DNA from: Candidatus Eremiobacteria bacterium
Lineage (GTDB): Bacteria; Vulcanimicrobiota; Vulcanimicrobiia; Vulcanimicrobiales; Vulcanimicrobiaceae
NCBI GenBank assembly: GCA_963758295.1
Contig: CAVWUU010000001.1
Coordinates: forward strand, 160,001-224,000
Direction: 5' to 3'
Length of the DNA: 64,000 bases
Part shown: positions 48,841 through 59,027 of the stretch, piece after piece
Numbering within the stretch: position 1 is the stretch's first letter
How the letters are laid out: each line of letters starts with the position of its first letter
Made by a program: the position numbers and the translations under genes
Notes under the pieces: generated by a model
What the model was told of the DNA's origin: nothing
Seen by the model: only the letters and a program-made list of their open reading frames with translations
Databases searched by the model: none

Positions 48841-50451
48841 TTAAATCTGCCACTCCCATGCGTTCCACGTGTCGGCCAAGAATGCCGCCGGTTTGAACCC
48901 TTTCATGTCGGTGTTGACCCCGTAATACGAGGTTTCCCAATAGAAGAAAACGGCGGGAACGACCTCGCGCAAACGCGCTTCTTCCCGCTGGTAGAGCGCC
49001 TTGCGCTCGCTTTGATCGAATGTCGCCGACGCAGCGGCGCTCGTTTGGTCCACAATCGGATCGCGGAGCCACGACGTATTCGAGCCGTTCGGGGGAATGA
49101 ACGCCGAGTTCCAGCTTCCGGCATTGTCGGGATCCGGGCCGTTGGTATCGATCGACCACTCGAGATCGTACTTGCCGGTGTAAAGCGGCCCGTTCTGCGC
49201 GAACATCAGACTCGAGGGATAGTTGTGAATCGTCACGTCGAATCCCAGCGTCTTGAGCATCGACTGCATCACGACTTCGGACTGTTCGTTGCTCTTTGCG
49301 CTGTTCGTAGCCGAAAGACTCACGTGCATCGCAAGCGCACCCTTGTGCAAAACGCCGTCCGCACCCCTATGCCAGCCGGCTTGCGCAAGTAAAGCCTGTG
49401 CTCGCTGGGGATCGTAACGGTACGCCTCCAGTTTCGGAGCAGCCCAAGATTCCGGATACACGTCGGAAACGGCGAGTTGATTGTATCCGTGGTAAACGCT
49501 GTCGTTGATCCGCTTCCAATCGATCCCGAAGGCAATCGCCCGGCGAACGCGGGCATCGCTGAGTTGCGGGCGGCTCGTGTTGATGCCCAAATGGCGCCAA
49601 TTCGCGACCGTGCGATGCAACACGTTAATGCCGGAAATGTTTCCTAAGCGAGCAACGGCGTTGGAGTCGACGGCCGGATAGACGTCGATTTCGTGCGTCT
49701 GCAGCTGGTTGAACAACGTGTTCGTATCCGGTACGATTTTCCAAATGAGTTGTTTGAGTTTCGGCGCTCCCCGGAAGTAGTATGGGTTCGGTTCAAAAAC
49801 GAGCGAAGCTCCGCGCGACCACGATTTCAGGACGTATGGACCGCTGGAGATGGGCGCGCTGTTGAACTCCGCGGTGTTTAAGTCCCGAACGTTCGCTAAA
49901 ACGTGCGCCGGCAGCGGCGGATAAGCTGCGCCGCCCATCGTCAGGACGCCCATTGCCGCGACGCTTGGTTTCTTCAAACGAATGACCAGCGTGTACGGGT
50001 CGGGAGCTTTCGCCGACGCTATATCGTCCCACCCATAGCGCGTTTTCGTATTATTGTGCGGATCGCGTACGGCATTGTACGTGAAGAGCCAGTCTTTCGC
50101 CGTTACCGCAGCGCCGTCGGACCATCGAGCGTTCTTACGAAGATGAAGCGTAATCGTGCGCTGATCGCGGCTTATGCCACCGTTTTGGAGCGTCGGCACG
50201 GCGGTTGCGAGATCCGGGATATAATTTCCGTCGGCATCGAAGCGCAGCAGAAAAGAAAAAAGCAGCGCGCTCACTTCATCGGTGGCGGCGTTGTGCCCAA
50301 ACATTAGATTCAAACTATCGGGTTCTTGCTGTTCACCAAGACGCAGCACGCCGGGTGTGGTCCAGGGATTATGTCCGTTTGCACCGCCGCCGGTTTTCGT
50401 GCACGCTGCAAGCATCAGCGCTGCGAGAGCGGCAGCCCACCGTTTCGTCAC
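48841..50451 (-). CDS. Peptide ABC transporter substrate-binding lipoprotein (family 5)
   Basis: Lipobox LAAC, PDLA, WSDG, SGPYVL, VRRAIAFGID. Confidence 0.9.
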   Translation of the reverse strand: MTKRWAAALAALMLAACTKTGGGANGHNPWTTPGVLRLGEQQEPDSLNLMFGHNAATDEVSALLFSFLLRFDADGNYIPDLATAVPTLQNGGISRDQRTITLHLRKNARWSDGAAVTAKDWLFTYNAVRDPHNNTKTRYGWDDIASAKAPDPYTLVIRLKKPSVAAMGVLTMGGAAYPPLPAHVLANVRDLNTAEFNSAPISSGPYVLKSWSRGASLVFEPNPYYFRGAPKLKQLIWKIVPDTNTLFNQLQTHEIDVYPAVDSNAVARLGNISGINVLHRTVANWRHLGINTSRPQLSDARVRRAIAFGIDWKRINDSVYHGYNQLAVSDVYPESWAAPKLEAYRYDPQRAQALLAQAGWHRGADGVLHKGALAMHVSLSATNSAKSNEQSEVVMQSMLKTLGFDVTIHNYPSSLMFAQNGPLYTGKYDLEWSIDTNGPDPDNAGSWNSAFIPPNGSNTSWLRDPIVDQTSAAASATFDQSERKALYQREEARLREVVPAVFFYWETSYYGVNTDMKGFKPAAFLADTWNAWEWQI

Positions 50452-51503
50452 GCGCGCAGCGGCTCGGTACGGCGTATTTTGGGTGCGATCGCGGCGTATA
50501 GCCCGTGCGGGCCGCTCCGAACGACGTCGTCCACCGGCAGCTGCGTCTCGACTTTAGCGCGTTCGATTTCCGCCGTCGCCTGCTCCGCGGAAAGCGTACG
50601 GGTATTGAGTGCAATGCCTACCACACGCGCCGGCTTGACGGTTGCGAGCAAGGCTTCGTGAATGCGAATCAACTCGCGGTACCGGAGCGCCGGCGTTTGA
50701 AAGCCGGACACACTCTCAAGCAATGGGTCGCAAACAAGAATAAGCGCATCCGGTGCGCTTCCGTACATCAAGGACAGCGTGACGGGTGCGTATGCCGGAT
50801 GGTTGATGCTGCCTTGTCCTTCGACCACGATTAACCCGGGCTTCGATTCGGCCGCATGCAGCACGAGCTGCTCCGTTGCACCCGGCGCGAAGTCCGCAAT
50901 CACACGATCGATCGAAATGCCCCACCCGGCAATCATGATGCCGGTTTGTCCCGTTGGGACGAACGCCGCGCGGGTTCCGGCTTCTTCGGCCGCACGAACG
51001 AGTTCGAGTGCGACCGTCATCTTGCCGACGGCGCAATCGTTGCCGACCATCAAAAGCGTCGGTGCTTCAACGTCGTACACGGCTCCGGAAAAGAGCGGTA
51101 TCGCGGGAGGTTTGCGCACGTCCCAGATCCGGCGCCGCTCTTTTGCGCGATCGCCTGAAATTCGCGGATCCTCGCCGAGCATGTCGTGCAAGCCGTTCAC
51201 GAGTTCCAAGCCGCTTTCGAGTCCGCGTCGGACTTCGGCTCGCCAGCTTTCCGGCAGCGCTCCGCCTTGCGGCGCCGTTCCTATCAGCAGCGACGTCGGT
51301 TCGTATTGCATGGCGTCGCCGACGTTCGCAACGATCGGCGCATCGCTCTTTAGATGAGGCAAGACCTCGCGCACGCTGCGTCCCGCGCACTCGGGATCGA
51401 CCACCGCAACGGTTTCGTCGTTTCCATAGGCGATCACGCCGTGCGCCGTTTTCGCATCATCGGCGAAATGTTGCGGTGCGAGAATGGCATACCGCCGTTT
51501 CAC
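50448..51503 (-). CDS. DUF1611 protein (DgcN-like D-glutamate N-acetyltransferase)
   Basis: AKTAHG, NGLH, GNDCAVGKM, TGQTGI, VEGQGS. Confidence 0.85.
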   Translation of the reverse strand: MKRRYAILAPQHFADDAKTAHGVIAYGNDETVAVVDPECAGRSVREVLPHLKSDAPIVANVGDAMQYEPTSLLIGTAPQGGALPESWRAEVRRGLESGLELVNGLHDMLGEDPRISGDRAKERRRIWDVRKPPAIPLFSGAVYDVEAPTLLMVGNDCAVGKMTVALELVRAAEEAGTRAAFVPTGQTGIMIAGWGISIDRVIADFAPGATEQLVLHAAESKPGLIVVEGQGSINHPAYAPVTLSLMYGSAPDALILVCDPLLESVSGFQTPALRYRELIRIHEALLATVKPARVVGIALNTRTLSAEQATAEIERAKVETQLPVDDVVRSGPHGLYAAIAPKIRRTEPLRA

Positions 51504-52516
51504 GCCGGAACGCGCTCCGTTACGCCGAGGCCCGGCGCGTTGGGAAGCACCAGTTTGCCGTTATCATACGTGACGCCCGCGAAAGGATCGTCGTTGATCA
51601 GGAACGGTCCGTCTATATCCGCCCAATCGACAAGCGGCGAGATGTGCGCTGCGGCGGTTGCAGCGAGCGAACTCTCGACCATGCAGCCCAGCATCACTTT
51701 CATGCCGAGCGCGCGTGCCGTGTGAATCATCGCTAGCGCACCCCGGATGCCGCCGCATTTCGCGAGCTTTACGTTGATGCCGTCCACGCAGCCGTAGAGC
51801 CTCGGCAGGTCGTTTGCGTCGAGCGAATCTTCGTCCGTTACGATCGGAATCGGCGACCCTTCGCGGACGGCGCGCAAGCCGTCGGGCGAGCCGGCCGCAA
51901 TGGGTTGTTCGCAGAATTCGATTTCGAAGCGGCCGAGTTCGCGCAAGATCGCGACCGCGCTCTCGACGGTCCAGCCTTCATTCGCGTCGATTCGAATCGT
52001 GCCGGTGTAGCGTTCGCGAATCGAGGCGATCGTTTCGATTTGTTCTTCCGGCGTGCCAAGCCCCAACTTCACTTTTAGGACCGGATGATCGCCGATTTCG
52101 GCCAGCTTGCGTAACGTCGTTTCGGGATCGGCTATACCGACGGTAAAAGAAGTAACCGGCGTCTCGCGCGGATCGAGTCCGAGCAATGCGTACAGCGGCT
52201 TCCCGAGGTCTTTGCCGATGAGGTCGTGCAGCGCGAGGTCGAATCCGGCGCGCGCTGCGGGCGGGATCTCCGGATCAAGCAGTTCTTCGAGGAAGTACGG
52301 ATCGCCGGCCCGCGGGCGGTACCCCTTGAAAAAAGCCGCAATCGATTCGGCCGACTCGCTGTAGCGTTCGACCGGCGCCGCTTCACCGATGCCTTCGAGT
52401 TCACCGCTTCGCACGCGAACGAGCGCCGTTCGCGCGACGCGCTCTTCACCGCGCGCAATCTTGAACGGATGTTTGAGCGGAAGGTCCAGCGGCGAAACGG
52501 TAAGCGTCAAGCCCAT
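51500..52516 (-). CDS. Dipeptide epimerase / DgcA-like racemase (enolase superfamily)
   Basis: KVKLG, DANEGW, EQP, DED, NVKLAKCGG, GCMVES, DIDG. Confidence 0.88.
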   Translation of the reverse strand: MGLTLTVSPLDLPLKHPFKIARGEERVARTALVRVRSGELEGIGEAAPVERYSESAESIAAFFKGYRPRAGDPYFLEELLDPEIPPAARAGFDLALHDLIGKDLGKPLYALLGLDPRETPVTSFTVGIADPETTLRKLAEIGDHPVLKVKLGLGTPEEQIETIASIRERYTGTIRIDANEGWTVESAVAILRELGRFEIEFCEQPIAAGSPDGLRAVREGSPIPIVTDEDSLDANDLPRLYGCVDGINVKLAKCGGIRGALAMIHTARALGMKVMLGCMVESSLAATAAAHISPLVDWADIDGPFLINDDPFAGVTYDNGKLVLPNAPGLGVTERVPA

Positions 52517-52565
52517 CTTCGGCGGAGTTATCTTTTCCGCCACTGCTATCCTCGAAAGTGCGTGA

Positions 52566-54062
52566 ATGGACGTCGAGTACAACCGTTCCATTGTGTGGCT
52601 GCGCCGCGACCTGCGGCTGCGCGATAACGTCGCGCTTGCCGAGGCGGCCAAGCGTTCCCGCGAACTCTGCGTTGCGTTCACTTTGGATCCGGTGCTGTTG
52701 AAGAGCCAGCGAATCGGCGCGCCTATCGTTCAGGCATTTTTCGATGCGCTCGAGGAGCTGCGCCGTTCATTGCGCGAGCGCGGCAGCGATCTCGCTTTGC
52801 TACAGGGTGATTTCGGCGACCAACTTCTGGGACTCGCGCAGCGCACCGGTGCGCAAGCCGTTTTCTTCAACGAAGACTACGACCCGTCGGCCATCGCGCG
52901 CGACGCGAGAGTTTCGGCGGCGCTCCAAGGCGCAGGCATCGCCGTCCACGCGTCGCTCGATCATGTCTATTACGGCGAACACGAGTTGCGCAACGAACAA
53001 GGCGAACCGTACAAAATCTTTACCCCTTATCGGAACCGCTGGCGGCGAAAACAGGCAGAAGCACCGCGGCCGCCCGTTGATTCCGAGACCATGCTGGAAG
53101 AAAGACTGCTCTCAAGTGACGAGCTAGGCCGGACGCTCGATGTGCCGGCGCCCGGGGCATTCGATAGAGCGGCCTCCGACGAGTATCCGCCATGCCGCGA
53201 AAACCTCGGATTGGAATTGCTCGAAGATTTCCTTGCGCCGGGCGGCGCCGGCGAACGGTATGTCGAGCGGCGGGATGCACCGGCGCTGGACGGAACGTCG
53301 CACCTGTCAGTTCAGCTGCGTGCCGGCACGATCGGCATTCGAACGTGCTTCGCGCAGGCATTTGAGGCATCGCTGCGCCCCGGCGGCGCTCAAATCGAAA
53401 AGTGGATCGACGAGTTGATCTGGCGAGAATTCTATCAATCGGTACTCAAAGCGTTTCCATACGTCGACGGGGCGCCGTATGTCACCGCCGCCGCTAATAT
53501 TCCCTGGCGAAACGATCGCCCGGAATTCGCCCGCTGGTGCCGCGGAGAAACGGGCTACCCGATCGTGGATGCTGCCATGACGCAGCTCAATCGCACGGGA
53601 TGGATGCATAATCGACTACGCATGCTCGTTGCGTCGTTCCTCACGAAGCATTTGCTAATCGATTGGCGCTGGGGCGAACGGTACTTCGAACAGCATCTGG
53701 CCGACGCGGATCTCGCGCAAAATAACGGCGGCTGGCAATGGGCCGCGTCGACCGGTATGGATTCCGCGCCGTACTTTCGCGTGTTCAATCCGGTACTGCA
53801 AAGTAAGAAATTCGACCCGAACGGCAGCTTCATTCGTTCGATGATGCCGGCATTTGCAAAGGTCCCCGACCGCTACATCCATTCGCCCTGGCTACTGCCG
53901 CCATTGCTACAGGCGGAATACCGCTGCATCGTCGGTGACGACTATCCGGCTCCGATCGTCGAGCACGCTTACGCACGTGCTCGCGCCCTCGATGCCTATG
54001 GATCCGTGCTCGGAAAGAAGCCGCCGCTTTCAGTGGCCCATTCTCGTGGGCGCGCTAATTAG
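52566..54062 (+). CDS. phrB: Deoxyribodipyrimidine photolyase (class I CPD type)
   Basis: WLRRDLRLRDN, TGYPIVDAAM, WMHNRLRM, NNGGWQW. Confidence 0.92.
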   Translation: MDVEYNRSIVWLRRDLRLRDNVALAEAAKRSRELCVAFTLDPVLLKSQRIGAPIVQAFFDALEELRRSLRERGSDLALLQGDFGDQLLGLAQRTGAQAVFFNEDYDPSAIARDARVSAALQGAGIAVHASLDHVYYGEHELRNEQGEPYKIFTPYRNRWRRKQAEAPRPPVDSETMLEERLLSSDELGRTLDVPAPGAFDRAASDEYPPCRENLGLELLEDFLAPGGAGERYVERRDAPALDGTSHLSVQLRAGTIGIRTCFAQAFEASLRPGGAQIEKWIDELIWREFYQSVLKAFPYVDGAPYVTAAANIPWRNDRPEFARWCRGETGYPIVDAAMTQLNRTGWMHNRLRMLVASFLTKHLLIDWRWGERYFEQHLADADLAQNNGGWQWAASTGMDSAPYFRVFNPVLQSKKFDPNGSFIRSMMPAFAKVPDRYIHSPWLLPPLLQAEYRCIVGDDYPAPIVEHAYARARALDAYGSVLGKKPPLSVAHSRGRAN

Positions 54063-54121
54063 CGTCCCAGGGTCGGCTTTATTCTCTGGCGGCTTTCGAA
54101 ACGCAGAAATCGTTCAGCGCG

Positions 54122-54143
54122 ATGAGGCAGTGCTTCGCCTCAT
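54122..54143. terminator. Hairpin between convergent genes
   Basis: atgaggc...gcctcat inverted repeat without a clear U tract. Confidence 0.35.
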
Positions 54144-54164
54144 GAAGGATCGTAAAAAACGCCT

Positions 54165-54647
54165 TTATCGGGCGGTCGGTGAAGCGACGCGATACGTCGT
54201 TCCGGAGTGATCGTAGCGTTGAGCTTCGCCGAGAAAGCGCGCGGCGTGCGCTTCACTTCCGCGGATAACGCGCCGCTCTTCGGCATTGTCGTATTCCGGA
54301 TCGAAGGTATTGCGCAAACGCTGTCCGGTATTGCCATTTTCAACCGCGTGATCGACTTCATGCCCAAGGCCGAGTGCCGGAGATTGCCGGCCGCCTCCGG
54401 TGGTGCGCAGAGCGCTGTAAGGATCCCATGCGATCGTGTTCGTGTTAGGATCGTAGTGATCGTCATTGCGATGGTTGATCGTCAACGCATAATGGCGATG
54501 CGAGCGTTCCAGCTTGTCGAACAACCGCCGCTCCTGTGCATCGCGGCTAAGATAGGCCTTCGCGGTTTCGTAGGCCGATTCGGCAGTTTTCGGCACGTCG
54601 AGCGTACACTTTAGACTTGATTCGCGCGTAATCGCTCTCGCAAACAT
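54165..54647 (-). CDS. Small HExxH zinc metallopeptidase (M91-like)
   Basis: SPALGLGHEVDHA followed by EERRVI. Confidence 0.65.
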   Translation of the reverse strand: MFARAITRESSLKCTLDVPKTAESAYETAKAYLSRDAQERRLFDKLERSHRHYALTINHRNDDHYDPNTNTIAWDPYSALRTTGGGRQSPALGLGHEVDHAVENGNTGQRLRNTFDPEYDNAEERRVIRGSEAHAARFLGEAQRYDHSGTTYRVASPTAR

Positions 54648-54745
54648 AGCGAGCGTGCCATCACGCGAACAACACGCAACGTCAAGAGTAACAGAACGAA
54701 AAACGCGCGCCTGTCAAGACTTGACGCCGATGGTACGGTAATAAC

Positions 54746-54932
54746 GCTCGACTGCGTTTAGCGCGCACCACGCATAGGTGCCGAACCGACTTGGTATACA
54801 TCGGGAGCATCAGCTCCGGATACGACGGCAGAGCTTGGGTTTCGTACCTGCCTTGCCTGCGCCCGGGCCGCACCCACCTGCGAGAACGCAGGTTCAGTTA
54901 CCTCGCGTGGCAGACGCTACGTGCGGTCGAGT
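54746..54932 (+). ncRNA. ssrS: 6S RNA
   Basis: About 187-nt rod. 5' ctcgactgcg...agcg...ccacgc..aggt pairs with 3' acct..gcgtgg...cgct..gcggtcgag. Motifs GGGAGC and GCACCCACCTGC..GCAGGTTCA resemble Bacillus-type 6S. Confidence 0.82.
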
Positions 54933-55627
54933 TCGAATCTAGCAAGCGCGATGCGCCACAGGCGTGTCGCGCTTCGCACTTGTGCCGGTTCAGCGGCACC
55001 ATCAAGAATCAGTGGCCCACGAAAGCTCCCAAAGCGTTCGAGGAATGCCTCAGCCGTCGGTTCGTCTGCGGCGATCGGCGCGTACAGGGCGACGGCCTTG
55101 GGCTCAAGCGCTCCAATGTCTTCCGCCATGCCGTTCGGATCCAATGCATAGCGCAGCCATGCCGAGTCCGCTTCCTTGCTTACGCGCTTACAATCCAGCA
55201 CCGAACCGGCGAACGTCCCGGCCGCATTGCGAAGTCCGAGGGTTACGTTCGCCTTCTTGGCGATCCCGGTCGCATGGTTGAGCCGATCGAGCTGCCGGGT
55301 CCACGGAATCGCGGTCTCCGCCGCCGTTTTGGACAGCAGCAGCGGCGCCCCGAGCGCAACGGCTTGCGCCAGCCGGCGCTCGATAACGTCGTCCTCCGCA
55401 CTGAGAAATGCATCGTCGGCAAGTGCGGCAATAGCAATACCGCGATCCGCCGCCATCTTCTTTACTTGCGCGAGGTAGTCATCGTCGGTCCGCGGAAAAT
55501 GGCGCACGTCCAAGACGACGCTATCGCACGAGAACTCGTTCGCGCAGAAATCGAGAAATTCGAGTTGCGTAAGTTCGCCGGAATCAAGAGCCTGCGAACA
55601 GGTGCCGCTTGTGCACGCCAGCTTCAT
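54917..55627 (-). CDS. Sugar-phosphate isomerase/epimerase-like TIM barrel protein
   Basis: HFPRTDDDYLAQVKK, AVALGAP, VTLGLRN, ALDP. Usual metal ligands appear degenerate. Confidence 0.7.
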   Translation of the reverse strand: MKLACTSGTCSQALDSGELTQLEFLDFCANEFSCDSVVLDVRHFPRTDDDYLAQVKKMAADRGIAIAALADDAFLSAEDDVIERRLAQAVALGAPLLLSKTAAETAIPWTRQLDRLNHATGIAKKANVTLGLRNAAGTFAGSVLDCKRVSKEADSAWLRYALDPNGMAEDIGALEPKAVALYAPIAADEPTAEAFLERFGSFRGPLILDGAAEPAQVRSATRLWRIALARFELDRT

Positions 55628-55668
55628 TCGGCGTGCGACCTTCGACCGCTACAGGGAGAGCCCTTCGC

Positions 55669-56181
55669 ATGAAGATCGCGCTCGGCGCAGATCACGCCGG
55701 CTTTGAGTACAAGAATCGCATCGCTCAAACATTGCGCGAGAGCGGCCATCACATCATCGATTATGGTACGTGCGACGCAACGCCGGTCGATTATCCCCAG
55801 TATGGCTATGCCGTCGGAGAGGCGGTTGCAAGCGGTCAGGCCGATCGCGGCATCGTGGTCTGCGGTTCGAGCATTGGGATTTCCATCGCGGCCAACAAAG
55901 TGCCGGGCGTGCGTTGCGCCATCGTGACGGAGCCGCTCAGCGCCGAACTTTCGCGCCGTCACAACGACGCCAACGTCATGGCCCTCTCGGAACGCCTCAC
56001 CGGCTGGGAGATGATCGAGCGCCTCGTGCAAGTATTTATGGAAACGCCGTTCGACGGCGGGCGCCACGCGCATCGGGTGGAGCAGCTCTTCGAGTTTGGC
56101 GACGAACAGCGTGAAAGAACGCTAAAGGCCATCGAAGCGCAAGCCGTAACCGGCGCGGAAACGCCGAAGAATCTGCTGTAA
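55669..56181 (+). CDS. rpiB: Ribose 5-phosphate isomerase B
   Basis: GADHAG, DYP, CGS, AANKVPG, HNDANV, GGRH. Confidence 0.93.
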   Translation: MKIALGADHAGFEYKNRIAQTLRESGHHIIDYGTCDATPVDYPQYGYAVGEAVASGQADRGIVVCGSSIGISIAANKVPGVRCAIVTEPLSAELSRRHNDANVMALSERLTGWEMIERLVQVFMETPFDGGRHAHRVEQLFEFGDEQRERTLKAIEAQAVTGAETPKNLL

Positions 56182-56204
56182 TCGATTTAGGGAATAGGAA
56201 AGCC

Positions 56205-57454
56205 ATGGACATTCTGACGCCGAGCACGATCGAAGCTCAAGATCCCGCCATTTACGCTGCCATCAAAGACGAAGAGCGCCGTCAGCAAGAGAATCTCGAG
56301 CTCATCGCGTCGGAGAACTATGCCAGCCGCGCGGTGCGCGAAGCGATGGCGAGCGTGCTTACGAACAAGTACGCCGAGGGGTATCCGGGGAAGCGCTATT
56401 ACGGCGGCTGCGAGTACGTCGACGTGGCGGAAAACATTGCCATCGATCGGTTGAAGAGACTCTTCGGCGCCGCAGCACGCGAACGTGCAGCCTCATGCGG
56501 GCGCCCAGGCTAATATGGCGGTCTTCATGGCGCAACTGCAGCCCGGCGACACGGTGCTTGGAATGTCGCTCGCGCACGGCGGTCACCTCACGCATGGAAC
56601 GAAAGTGAGCTTCAGCGGAAAACTGTACAACGCGATTGCCTATAGCGTTCGCAAGGACACCGAGTTGATCGATTTCGATGAAGTTCGCGCGCTTGCACGC
56701 GAGCACAAGCCGAAGATGATCATCGCCGGCGCAAGCGCGTATCCGCGCACGATGGAGTACGATCAGTTTCGCGAAATCGCCGACGAGATCGGCGCAACGC
56801 TGCTCGTGGATATGGCGCACGTCGCGGGGCTCGTCGCAGTTGGCTTGCATCCGTCGCCCGTGCCTCTTGCAGACTTTGTCACTTCGACGACGCACAAAAC
56901 GCTGCGCGGTCCGCGAGGCGGCATCATCCTGTGCAAAGAGCAATTCGCCCAGCCGATCGACAAGAGCGTCTTTCCGGGCATCCAGGGCGGTCCGCTGATG
57001 CACACGATTGCGGCGAAGGCGGTCGCTTTCGGCGAAGCGCTGCAACCGTCGTTCAGGACCTATCAACAGAACGTCATCGACAACGCAAAGGCGATGGCGG
57101 AGCAATTCGTAAGCGGCGGACTGCGTTTGGTGGCCGGCGGCACCGACACGCACCTGATGCTTGTCGACGTTTCAGTCAAGGGCCTCACCGGCAAAGCCGT
57201 CGAGAAATATCTGGATGAAATCGGCATCACGGTCAACAAGAACGCGATCCCGTTCGACCAGCAGAAGCCGATGGTGACGAGCGGCATTCGCATCGGCACG
57301 CCGGCAATCACGTCACGCGGTCTTGGTACGGACGAATGTCGCGAAGTCGCCCGCATCATCGTTGACGCGCTACCCGATATCGAAGCGCGCGCCAACGTGG
57401 AAAAACTGCGCTCGCGCGTCCACGAGCTTACTTCGCAGCTTCGACGTCCCCTAA
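56205..57454 (+). CDS. glyA: Serine hydroxymethyltransferase (apparent extra bases near 56472 and 57437)
   Basis: LIASEN and [15 protein letters not shown] in the first frame. [17 protein letters not shown] and GIRIGTP in the second. The corrected end is TSRFDVP*. Confidence 0.93.
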
Positions 57455-57467
57455 CGGCGTATATCGG

Positions 57468-58958
57468 TCATGCCTCTCGAAGCGACTCTTCCCGAATGCC
57501 CGTGAAGCTGACTACGGCGCCGAACACGCAGAGCCCGCAGCATATATAAGCGACGGCTTCAAAACCGGTGTCGAAGGCGTCGAAAGAGGCGCGTTGCAAA
57601 CGAGCGTCGGAAAAACGCGCGCCGCCTAAGCGATCGCTTTGAGCCGCCGCGGCCGAGCGTTGCCCCTTCGACGCGTGCATCGCGTCGAGACCATGGCTCA
57701 TTCGCATTTCGTACGTCACGAACAGCACCGCGGTAAATGCCGCGACGGCGATGAGTCCCGCAATGCGCGAAACGGCGCTGTTGATACCCGACGCGATGCC
57801 GACGCTGCGCGGATCTGCGGCATTGATAACCGCCGTCGTCAACGGCGCGACGGTGATGCCCATCCCAATGCCCACGCCCATGATCCCCGGGAAGAAACTC
57901 GTGAAATACGAGCCGTGACGATCGAAAAGTCCGAGCAGGGCAAAACCTGCGGCGACGATGCACGGACCTGCGGTGAGAACAAGCCGCGTCCCGTACCTTC
58001 TTGCAAGCCCAGTGCCCACACGCGCAAGCGCTATCAAGCCAAGGGCCATTGGCAGTGTGGCCAATGCCGTTTGTATAGCATTGTAGCCGTGGACCTGAAT
58101 GAGCGCGAACGGCAACTCGTAAAAAACGCCGGAAAGCGAAGCGTACACGGCGAGCGTCATAAGATTGAGCGCGCCGAATGTCCGCGACCCGAAGAGTCGC
58201 GGCGGAACGAGCGGAGCGCTTGAGCGCAGTTCGTGAATCACGAACCATGCGATTAGAACGACCCCCGCGATTGTCGTAACGGAAACCTGCGGTTCATACC
58301 AGCGGTGCTGGCCCGACGCAATTAACGCATAGGTAAGCGCACCCAGACCGAGCGTAACGATAGCCGCACCGGTGTAATCCAACGGCTTCGCTTCGTCGTC
58401 TTTGGTTTCATCGATGTGACGCGCGCAGACGTACATCACCACAACGGCAAGCGGAATGTTGATCCAAAAGACGGAGCGCCATCCGAGCGAATCAATAAGC
58501 AAACCGCCGATCATCGGTCCGATGGTCGACGTCAGCGCGCCGAATGCCGACCATGCCGCAATCGCTCGGCCGCGCGCTTCGCCGCTGAAATGCGAGCCGA
58601 GAATGGCCAAGCTCGCCGGCGCAACGAGCATGCCGCCAATGCCTTGAAGTACGCGAAAGGCAAGCATCGCCGGGAGCGACCACGCGAACGCGCACCCGAT
58701 GCTTCCGGCCGCGAAGGTGATCGTGCCGGCAGCAAACATCTTGCGCCGCCCATAGCGGTCGGCGAGACCGCCTCCGAGCAGCATCAACGCGCCCAGTACC
58801 AAGGTGTAAAGTTCGACGATCCAGGCAACCCCTGCGGCGCTCGCATGGAATTCGCGTTGGATGGAGGGCAATGCAAGATTGACCACCATACCGTCGATGA
58901 AGACCATGCTCGAAGCCACGATCGTCGCAAGGAGCACCCAAGCGCCACGTCCGCGCAT
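57468..58958 (-). CDS. MFS transporter, DHA2 (14-TM) type
   Basis: [32 protein letters not shown]. Confidence 0.9.
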   Translation of the reverse strand: MRGRGAWVLLATIVASSMVFIDGMVVNLALPSIQREFHASAAGVAWIVELYTLVLGALMLLGGGLADRYGRRKMFAAGTITFAAGSIGCAFAWSLPAMLAFRVLQGIGGMLVAPASLAILGSHFSGEARGRAIAAWSAFGALTSTIGPMIGGLLIDSLGWRSVFWINIPLAVVVMYVCARHIDETKDDEAKPLDYTGAAIVTLGLGALTYALIASGQHRWYEPQVSVTTIAGVVLIAWFVIHELRSSAPLVPPRLFGSRTFGALNLMTLAVYASLSGVFYELPFALIQVHGYNAIQTALATLPMALGLIALARVGTGLARRYGTRLVLTAGPCIVAAGFALLGLFDRHGSYFTSFFPGIMGVGIGMGITVAPLTTAVINAADPRSVGIASGINSAVSRIAGLIAVAAFTAVLFVTYEMRMSHGLDAMHASKGQRSAAAAQSDRLGGARFSDARLQRASFDAFDTGFEAVAYICCGLCVFGAVVSFTGIREESLREA

Positions 58959-59027
58959 CACCACCTCGTTCTTGCCGAGCGTACGGCGCAGGTCGCCGGG
59001 GGACCCGCTCGAAAACCGAGTGACAAT

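Noticed and set aside
54681..54726. Back-to-back TTGAC elements (GTCAAG-A-CTTGAC) as canonical -35 boxes
   Set aside because: Spacing to plausible -10 hexamers does not fit 16-18 nt, so no promoter was called.
54746..54932. SRP RNA or riboswitch
   Set aside because: No SRP domain IV motif seen. End-to-end pairing, length and motifs fit 6S RNA.
58416..59027. 200-aa N-terminal extension of Upp
   Set aside because: It is antisense to the MFS gene. Upp homology starts at ATG 59028.
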